Shown here: one piece after another, positions 38,376-48,700 of the stretch | Layout of the letters: every line of letters starts with the position of its first letter | Numbering within the stretch: position 1 is the stretch's first letter | Notes under the pieces: generated by a model | Databases searched by the model: none | Told to the model about the DNA's origin: nothing | Seen by the model: only the letters and a program-made list of their open reading frames with translations | Assembly (NCBI GenBank): GCA_977030845.1 | Contig: OZ365112.1 | Coordinates: forward strand, 5,084,001-5,148,000 | Length of the DNA: 64,000 nt | Source of the DNA: Fimbriosthenelais zetlandica | Lineage: Eukaryota | Direction of reading: 5' to 3' | Program-made: the position numbers and the translations under genes

Positions 38376-41375
38376 ATGTCCACGACCAACGGTAACAGTG
38401 ATCCAGTGATTCTAGCGACGGCGAGTTATGATCATACGATCCGTTTTTGGCAGGCACACAGTGGAATATGTCACCGAACCGTGCAGCACACGGACAGCGT
38501 ATCCTTTTCCTCCACAATGCACAGAGACCCCGGGGTCAGGCCCCAGGGCCAGCTCAGGCTTAGGCCCCTCAGCCTTACTAACTTAGTAAGGCCCTTACCG
38601 GTACTCCTGGCAGAGCTGGATTTTACTGAACCTAGGCCTATTTAAAGTATATTTCTGACACCTATTTATTGAGTATTTTATAGATTGTTATTCGATTACG
38701 GTACTGTCTAATCCTTCATTTGGTTATGAAAATTAAATGTAGCCTAGGCCCCTAGACTAGGGGCTTAAAAATAAAGTAACCCTGGCTCCTGAATACAGAA
38801 ATTGTCCTTAACATGTTTAGCAGGTCAATGCGTTAGAAATAACACCCGATAAACAACTAATAGCAGCTGCAGGTAAATCAGATTATTATATTTAACAAAT
38901 ATTATAATAATTTTTAAACTGTCATAAATCATCAAACATTTTCAATTTATATCGAACATTCTGTTTCTGCAAAAAGTTTATAAATTTAAAAATATATTAT
39001 TTTAGATTAAGTTTTGTACATTTCAAGCTAAAAATAAATTAATAAAAACAAATAGAGAATACACATGTAGCTGATTCTGTTCATGTTCCAGGCTATCAAC
39101 ATATCCGCATGTATGACCTCAACTCCAGCAACTCTAACCCCGTGATTAATTATGACGGAATCTCTAAAAACGTGACAGCAGTTGGTTTCCACGAAGACGG
39201 GAAGTGGATGTACACGGGGGGCGAGGATAACTGTGCCCTCATCTGGGACCTCAGGTAATAATTTGACTAACAGTTAGCATCCCTGCTCGAAAAAATGGTT
39301 TAACATTTAGCAACTGGTGGAGATGTCCTTATTGCTGCCGCCTTCACACCCACTCTCACTTAATAAATATATGAGTCGTTGGTCTAAATAACTCTTTAAC
39401 AATCATCATTTGGGACCTCAGGTAATGTTAGAAGGTACACGGGGGTGGGGGGATAACTCTCATCTGGGACCTCAGGTAATAATTTGACTAACAATCAATT
39501 AGCAAGAGGCAAGAAGTTGAATAAAAATCAGTTAGCATCCCTGCTCGAAAAAATGGTTTAACATTTGAGCAACTGGTGGAGATGTCCTCAGTCTTGGGTT
39601 AACCAGTTAACAATACGTATCTAGCATCCCTGACAGACTTGACAACATTGCCCTAGCCCAGATTATCTTCCTGACACACTCTTAAAATGATGTGAATAAA
39701 GTATCAAAAGTAGGCCTACAACTTCATTTGAACATTGATCTACATTTTATGTTTCTTTATATTATTTTTCTCAGGTCAAGGAATCTGCAGTGCCAACGGA
39801 AATTTCAAGTGGATGCGCCAGTGAACTGTGTTTGTCTGCATCCTAATCAGGTAGGTTTAAATTAAAATAAAATAATGGAAAATTTAATCACAACAAATTC
39901 ATGATGTGACTAGTCATATTATTGTATTCATGGTTGAAAAACTTTTACATTTATTTACATTTTAACATTTGTGAATTTTTTTAGGCTGAATTGTTTGTTG
40001 GTGACCAAAGTGGAGCAATACACGTGTGGGATTTAAAGACAGACAATAATGAACAGTTGGTAAGTCATACCTCCATTTCATCCATCCCTGTATTACTAAT
40101 GTCACATACTTTATAATGTATGTCATTAATAATAATATATTTGATTATTTATTAATATTTAGGTACCTGAACCTGACGCGGCCATTCAGTGTATTAGTAT
40201 TGATCCTGAAGGCACCTACATGGCTGCTATCAACAATAAGGTAACCACCAACTTATTATTTCTCTAAATAATTTAAAATCATTTATTTCCTCTTAATTTG
40301 CTTCAAGATTCTTTTGTGAAAAGAAATTTTAAAAATCTTTATTATCGTGCCCATAACTTAAGGCCTTGATCAACTTTAATTGTTTGAACCTTTGTTCTGT
40401 GTAATCAAGTAAGGAGTGATTATGGTTGTTAATATTTCTGTTGTTAACGTAGGGTCGATGTTACGTCTGGGCGTTGACAGGGGGGCGGGGAGACGAACCA
40501 ACACAGCGTCATCCAAAAACTAAAATAGGTGCTCACGAGAAATACGGCCTCAAATGTCGCTTCAGCCCCGATTCCACGTGAGTGTTATTCTGTCTTAAAG
40601 CGCCTCTATCACTGATATTTCCTTGACCAGTTTCTGATTGCCTGAGAGTTTTGTTATATCAGTAATATTATTTTATCAGATTATTTGTTATATCAGTTAT
40701 GTTATTTTATCAATTTATGATTTTTTAATTAGATTATTGGCGACCACCTCAGCTGACACGACAGTCCGTATCTGGAGGACAGCAGACTTTTCTCTGCTCA
40801 CGGAACTGAAGGAAGCCAATCAGAGATGGGTGTGGGACTGTGCCTTCAGCGGCGACTCCCAGTATATTATAACAGGTACGTCATTCACAATCTACCATCT
40901 TAGGTGGAGATGGTAATAGGATACAACAATTGTACAAACATTTATAATCAGTGACTGAAAAATGTACCTAACAATATTCTCATTACCTGAACCCTGGGCT
41001 CACTCTAGCTAATAATTTTGTGTAGCAAAAAGCGCTAAAGACACCAAATTTCTTAGCAATTTGCAGTTGGTGTTAGCAGATGTCAATTTGAAGGAAACAT
41101 TGCTAGTTGGATTTTCCTTCAACTCTGATATTTCAAACCATATTAAACCGTGTATAAATGTAGTTAATTATCCTAAATTAGGTGTTTATCCTAAAGGTTA
41201 AAGTAACTATCCTAAATCAGTTTTAATTTTTGTTTAACTTTGCATGTTTCCAGCATCTTCAGACAATATGGCGCGGCTGTGGACGGTGGATACTGGGGAG
41301 ATTAAGAGAGAATATAGCGGACATCAGAAGGCGGTAGTCTGCCTGGCATTCAGAGACGATGTGTCAGAATGTTAG
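38376..41375 (+). CDS. MLST8: Target of rapamycin complex subunit LST8 (WD40), 318 aa, 9 coding exons
   Basis: Exons 38376-38498, 38821-38872, 39092-39254, 39775-39850, 39985-40059, 40163-40240, 40453-40577, 40733-40875 and 41254-41375, with consistent phases. Motifs [45 protein letters not shown] and [14 protein letters not shown] are present. AATAAA at 41442. Confidence 0.96.
38499..38820 (+). other. U12-type (minor spliceosome) GT-AG intron, MLST8 intron 1
   Basis: Donor GTATCCTTTT at 38499; branch site TCCTTAAC at 38805-38812; AG at 38819-38820. Confidence 0.92.
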
Positions 41376-42736
41376 AGAGAATATGTGGCTGAATGTTAAT
41401 AACCTGTAAATCTGTACATACATTTATACGAGAAAGTCTTAAATAAATCATACACAAAACAGTAATCTGTACTGGTTTACAATATTCATTACAGGAAAGG
41501 GCAGGGAGGGGAATTTGGAATAAAGTACATTAATTTAGACAGAGGCTACACATTAGTGTAGCAAAGTGTGGATATAATGGTGAACATAGATGATAATGGT
41601 GAACATAGATGATAATAGAGAACATAAGATTATAATAGTGAACATAGATTCCTGAGATGAAGTATAATGTATATAGACGACAAGACTATTTATATTGGTA
41701 AGAAATTCTGTATTCAAGTAGAAACTCCGTACATTAATGTGACTGGTTTATCCAAGAGCAACATAACAAACGTAGTCAGAATCCTTCAGTAAAGTCCAGT
41801 AACATGGAGCTGTCAACTTGTCTAAATACTAGTTTATCACAAGTTTTACTGTTGGTGCAAAATTATAAACCATTCACAAGACTGTAAATTAATTCAGACA
41901 TATAGGACATACAAGGATGTCGGACAGGGTAATTCATGCAAGGAATTCTATACTCAAAATTCAGCTCCAGGTAAAGTACGCAAAAAAAGTTTCTTGTAAG
42001 CACTGAACAACAGAATAAATCAGGAAATAAATGTAAATGTCTCAATGAATTCTAACATTAACGACTATATATTTACAAACATGGCACATCAAGTATAATA
42101 TATTATCTTTATGAGGTAAATAATATCCCAGAATATTTAAACGAAACATAACGGGATAATTTGGCCAATCAAGGATTATACCCAGGATAATATCACATGG
42201 GGTTAGAGTGAACTCTGTCATTGGTGATCGTTATAGGAAATGAAACTGAAAGTGAAACTGTCTACTGTGAGAACACGCCAGGCACGACGGATGGATGGAC
42301 ACAGAAACCAAGACATTCCAACATAATAGTTAACAAGGCTTATTTACATCTCATTATTTATAAAACTAGATTTATTCTCTGTATTATATAAATTAATCCA
42401 TCATATAATATATCCATTATTTTTGCAATTATTTGCAAAATGAAGTTCACTTCATGATATATCCACCACATACACAGCCTTCCAAAACTTAAACAAAAAT
42501 ATTTCCAAAAGTAATATTAAAACTAGGCCCAAACCAAGCATTTCTATATGAATTAATCCAAGCTTAAATATATTACTGGCGATCACTCAATAGAACTCAG
42601 ATTGTCATGAATTGTCAGCAAATGTGAACCCGGCCAGAACTGAAGCTGATCTGATGATTCTATGATTATTACAGTATTAATGGACGTTAGGACTCGGGAT
42701 TTATCAAGTTTTTGGTGAGGAAGAATCTGAGAAGAG

Positions 42737-44025
42737 TTAGCTGAAGATAGCTCCACAGTTAGGACAGTGTCGTTGTCTCATGGCCAGACAGCAGAGAATA
42801 CCGAGAGGGAAGAACAATATAGCACAGCAGACGCCCAGGAATGTAAAATCATCTTCTAAAACTCCCACCTGAAAAAAAAAATAATACTTAAACATAGACT
42901 AAAACTCCCACCTGAAAAAAAAGGTTAAACATAAATTAAAATTCCCACCTGTAAACAAATAAACGATGGTTAAACATAGACTAAGACCTTTTTTGATTTA
43001 TTTCGATAATATTTTACTGAGATAATACATTTTTTAAGATATTAAAATTATATCAAAATTTTCAGATCTTGAATATAAAGGTGCTGGACCCAGAAACATA
43101 AGACAATAAATTACGATTATTTTATTATTTTTTAAGATATTAAAATTATTGATAACTTGAATATAGATCTTTAATATGTAGGTAATGGACCCATATCTTG
43201 AATATAAAGGTGCAGATCTTGAATATAACGATGATCCAACATTAGAATGAACCATAATTACCCTGCATGCGGGGCAGCCACCCACCACCACCACTGCCGG
43301 CGGTTGTTGTACGGCTATGAGTGTACCGGGGGCGTAGGGTTGCTGGGAGACGGGCTGATAGCCGGGGGGTGCCGAGTTATATACCCCGGGCGCCGCACCC
43401 GCTTGATAACCACCTGGATGAAAAAAATTAATATTTAGACCAGGAATTCGGGTGAAACACTAAAATTACCTAAGGAACTATAAAATTAGTATGTTTTCAA
43501 TACATCAGTTTTCAACTTAGATGGACATTTTTTTGGTTGTTTATTGTTTTGGAAAAAAATCAAATAATTATGTATATATTATACATTTTTTCTAGCAATA
43601 TTGTTTCTCTAAAATTCAGAGAGTATCTTAGTTTAGGATAAAACATAATTCTACCCAATCTTCTTGCAGACTACCACGACCGGTACTGATTTAGTTTTTT
43701 TGGATTTTTCATTTAATTTAGCACACGAGTGAAACAGATTTATCTACAAGAAATATTTGTGAATAACCAGGGAATTGTCACCTGTAAAGTCGTTGTAATT
43801 TTCATGTTTTAATGCGGCCCCCGTGGGTTGGCTGTAGCCCGCAGCTTGTGTACCAAAGCCGGCCGGGGGTGGGGAGGTGTAGCCGGCAGTAGGCGGGGAC
43901 GTGTAGCCGGCAGCACTAGGTCCTCCCGCCGGCTGTGTGTAGCCACCCACGGCCCCCGCTGGACTACTGGTCGCCTCTGTGTAGGTAGGGGGGTTATCCA
44001 CGGCTCCTGCAGGCCCAGACGCCAT
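42737..44025 (-). CDS. BRI3: Membrane protein BRI3 (brain protein I3), 175 aa, 3 coding exons plus a probable 5' UTR exon ending at 44514
   Basis: Exons 44025-43782, 43413-43262 and 42868-42737. Pro/Gly/Tyr-rich N-terminus, then [54 protein letters not shown], which matches the BRI3 C-terminal Cys-rich/hydrophobic domain. An upstream GTAAGT donor lies at 44513. Confidence 0.92.
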
Positions 44026-44513
44026 GACAGGGGTGTCTGAAATCAATAAAATCATTAAAAAATTATGACTAAAATTACTGGCCAGTAGAAGTGGGGTGAA
44101 TTGCTTCAAGATTAGATAATATTTCCCCTCTCTGTACCTGTACCGACTTTAAATAAAGCCTATTAAAGATAGGAATAAAATGAAATTATTTTATATTTTG
44201 CAAAGAATATATTTTCAAGGTACACGTCACTCGACACTGGCTTCTGCAATGAGTGACTAATGAATTCAAGTGAAGATAGTCATGTCATAATCATGGACAT
44301 TATTAGACTAGGGTCTACGGTAATCTAGAATGTCACCACTAACAGGCACTATGTGAGTCTAATGAGTGTAACACTACCGTACTCTACAGACACAGTGACA
44401 GTAGTCTGATAGTGATAGTGACTATAGTGTCAGAACGACCAGTGCGTATCGGATAGAATATCACTACTTTGGAGGATATTTAATGTAATATTAAGACGTT
44501 AAACTATACTTAC

Positions 44514-44700
44514 GAGTATAAAGAGTTCAAAATCGGTCACAGTCAGCAGAATTATGCAATAATTATGCCGGGGTGTGCCGCGAAACCCAAACACTTATTT
44601 GTTGTTCTTCTTCAGGTCTTATGACCACTTTTCCGGAAGTGATCAGTTGCGCGATTTACATCTTCTCTACGTACGCGCCAACAATTTATGAAGAATATCA
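44514..44700. promoter_or_regulatory. Probable bidirectional promoter, BRI3 / TECPR1
   Basis: Palindromic ETS site TTCCGGAAGT at 44631-44640 in a CpG-richer patch between the BRI3 leader-exon donor (44513) and TECPR1. Start sites are inferred. Confidence 0.55.
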
Positions 44701-45741
44701 TCTTTCAATTTCCCAATATATGAACTACATAAATCATCATATTTATAATTTTCTGGATGAATAAGGATGGTGTAGCCAAGGTTAGACATATCTAAAAACG
44801 AAACTTTGGAATTTTCACAAAAAAGTGTAGATGTATCATTGATCGCGCACTTGCTACCTCCTAAGTCCCGTGTAAACTTCCGCTGACGGAGCCTGAAAAT
44901 TCATCCTAATATATTTTTGGTTCCTGTCCAATAACTAGGCGAGTTACTGCCTCGGTCTTCTCAGTACACATTGTTCTACGTCTGGGGAAGTGATTTGACA
45001 CCTTGGTTTTGCTGATATGCGGGAGAAAGCTTGAGAATGTGGAGATAAAGTGCGGGTGTCAGCACCAGGGGAGGTGTCGGTGACTGTGGTCGGTGATCAC
45101 CGGGCAGACAGACGGTCACAGTCCGATATGTACACCCCTCCTAACACAGGTCTGTATGACTACATCTCACCTAAATATAATAACATTCTTTAATGTCATC
45201 CTCAGCTCTCATAGATAAACTTAGTCACCCTCTCATTTTATGGCTTTCCTATATTTAAACCAAAGCTGAACTGCTTCAAAAAATCTTTTTAAATTTTGAC
45301 ATTTGTGAAATTCTGTGGAGGGGGCGTGGTGATTGAATCATAGGGGTCCAGTATTCTAATCATAGACAGAGAGTATCCACCTCCACCAAGATATGGAGTA
45401 TAGGGCTAGTTATATTGGATAATCGAATCAGTGAATGTCTGAGAATGGCTGGGGCTAAGCCTACCTAATTTAAAAGTAAAATACATGCGATTAATCGTGT
45501 ATTTTTCACACTGACTCTATAGACTATCTGTACACTATACAAGCCTCAGCCTTCCGAAAAACACAGGTCTCCATATTAGACCTAATATAATCTAAGAATT
45601 GATTTTATAATCTTCTGGAGGCTTTAATTATAGCCTAATATAGATATAATTCCCATAATTAATTGATTAATGAACCTTTATATCTCTCATCTCTGACAGG
45701 CAGGTGAGGAGTGTGGATGGCGTATAGGTACATCGTGAAGT

Positions 45742-48700
45742 ATGCCTGGATGTAAACTCTGGGCTATCAGTGGTAGAGGTAATGTCTACACACTCTCCAC
45801 TAAAGGTCGACGCTGGTGTCAGGTCTGTATTTATATTATGTGATATAAAGTTTTCTCCTCTAACCAACGAGAGTAAAATAAAATAATATTTTACTCTCGT
45901 TGCTCTAACTGTAGTGTAAAGTATGTTTATGTTATGTCGTTTTCATGTACCGGTATATAAGGTCTCTCCTATTGATTATCTTAATTATTTTTTTTTTCAC
46001 TTATTTCCTCACTGAACATCATGATCTGAACATCATGATCTGAACCCTAAATTAATGCTCAAGTCAAACCCTATATTCGTTTATAATACAGTTATATCAC
46101 CATTAACATGCTACTTTTAATTAACAATACTTTTCCTTGTGTATCTCGACAAAATTCTACATCAGGAAGACCGATCATGTGCCGATGATGTACAATAAAA
46201 CATAATTAAATGCCAAATTCAACTTCAGGTCCCCAACCAATCACGGTCTCTCCGAGGCTTCAAGAAGGTGTCAGCCGGAGCAGAGACGGTGTGGGGCCTG
46301 GGCTGCGACCATCAGGTTTATGTATTTGTTCCTCAGTCCGATCTTCCCATCAGATGTCAGGAGGCCACTTATGAAAATGAGGTTAGTTCATAAAAATAGT
46401 CCATCAACTAGTCCATAAAATAGCCACTAAATAGTCCACTAAATAGTCCATCAAATAGTCCATAAAATAGCCACTAAATAGTCCACTAAATAGTCCATCA
46501 AATAGCCACTAAATAGTCCATCAAATAGCCACTAAATAGTCCACTAAAAGGTCCATCAAATAGTCCATAAAATTATATATAGTCCATCAAAATAGTCCAT
46601 CAACTAGTCCATCAAATTATATATAGTCCATCAAAATACATGTAGTCCATCAACTAGTCCATCATATTATATATAGTCCATAAAAATAGTCCATCAAATA
46701 GCCACTAAATAGTCCATCAAAATAATAGTCATATAAAAATAATACCGTAACATGTTATTTTAGAGGTGGATTCCATCGCGCGGCTGGTCGAGTCATAACC
46801 TCCTACCCGCCGTGGACCCGTTTCAGTGGAGCAGTGAAGATGGTCTCAGACATTTACCTAAAGACGACTTCCGTCTCCCGTCTGAACACTGGCAGTGGGA
46901 GAGTGACTGGTACGTGGACGAAAACGTGGGTGGTTACCTCACAGACAAAGGGGTAAGTCTCATTTCATTTCACTTCGTTTCACTTCGTTTCATTTCATTT
47001 CGATTCGTTTCGATTCGTTTCATTTCATTTCATTTCAAACTTTATTTAGCGTCGGTGCATTTACAGAAATGTAGAACAGTAGCTTCAAGCTATTCAGCCG
47101 ACAAGTTAACAGGCAGCAAAGAGATAACAGATAACAATACAATATATCACAATTTTAAGATATTACATCACATTAAGTCACAGACAAAGGGCTAAGTCAC
47201 GGACATGTGTGTTTTTTAGGGATGGCGCTATGCAACTATAGACTTCCATCATGATTTTACTCATCAAAAGAAACTCAAGTCGTGCGTACGGCGACGGAGG
47301 TGGATCCGGTATCGACGCTATGTATCCACTGAAAAATGGGCCAGGGTAAATATTGATATTCTCTCTTAAATATGTCTACAAACATTTACTCCTGAAGCTA
47401 CCAGGTTCCCAGTAAGGCATCTGTCCAATATAAACGTTCTCATAGGAATTCCCACTTCCCTCTCCCTCCATCCCTCTTCATATCTCCTGAAGCAACCAGG
47501 TTCTGAGGAAGGAATTTCACAAATTAACTCTGACTCGGAGAAAATGAGTAGATTCCCTCCCTCCTCTGTTCTTTGTCTCTGTCTTTGTCTCTCTATCTCT
47601 CTCGATGCTAGATTCTTTGTCTCACCCTCTGTTTCTCCATTTTCTCTCAACCCTCTCTTCTGTCAGTTTCTATCACATCTCTCTTTCTGGATCTCTCCCT
47701 TTTTTCTGTTTAAAAAAGAAATAATAACAAAATTATGTACATATTTAAGGTCTGAAACTAAACTTTACACAGATGTAGATTAAAATTGTGTTATTAGATT
47801 AGAAAAATAGAAAATAAAGAAATAGAAATGGCCGTAACATTATTACATGAGATAACGTATGTATTCAGGTACCGAGTCTTCACGTGGATCCGCTAGAGGA
47901 GCCAGTAGTCGATGTGACAGTAGGTGGTCAGGAGATAATCAACCAACCCCAGGGCTACATGAGTGCCTGGATCGTCACCATTAATGGACGGGTAAGATAT
48001 GTACCGACAGCGTGTTTCCTTCACGACCTGAGATAGTTGATAAATTGCTGATTTAACATTAAAAAATATTCACTCATTCACTTGAGGACAAGTTCAGTGA
48101 TAGACCCGCTTTAATTGATATATCTCAATACGTATAGGACTTTTGAGATGATGTCTTGTTTTCCCGCTGATATGGCGGTAATTTAAGATATTTAATATTA
48201 TTTTATCATTTATGTTGAAAGTATGGAGGTTATTTTTTTTTTTATAATTATTTATCTAATTTATCCAGTAAGTATAAACAATGGCTAAGGTGATGTTTAT
48301 ATATTATTTTTCAGTTTATTTGAAGCAGTGTGGATACATTTTAAGATTTTATATTATTTTTCAGTTGATCTACCGGGCGGGTGTAAGTCGGGAGTACCCT
48401 GAGGGCTCGTCGTGGGAGGTGGTGCCTACAGCTGAAGGCTGGGAGGTGTTAAGTGTATGTTCAGGACCGTCAGGCCTGCTCTGGGCTGTCACGTGGGCCG
48501 GTACTGCTATAGTCAGACTAGGAGTCACCTGGCAGACTTTAATGGGTAAGTCACTTATATCTCTCATATCATCCCAACTTACTTGCGAAGGAGAGTATTC
48601 TTTGTAAGTTAGAACATTCAGGGAGTAGCTCAGTATGAGCAACAACGGAGTTACTCAGTAGGTGAGAGCACTAGCTCATTCAGGGAGTTAGCAAAGAACA

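Noticed and set aside
44026-45741. CLEAR (TFEB) elements in the BRI3/TECPR1 promoter
   Set aside because: I looked for them because both genes are lysosome-associated, but no TCACGTGA was seen.
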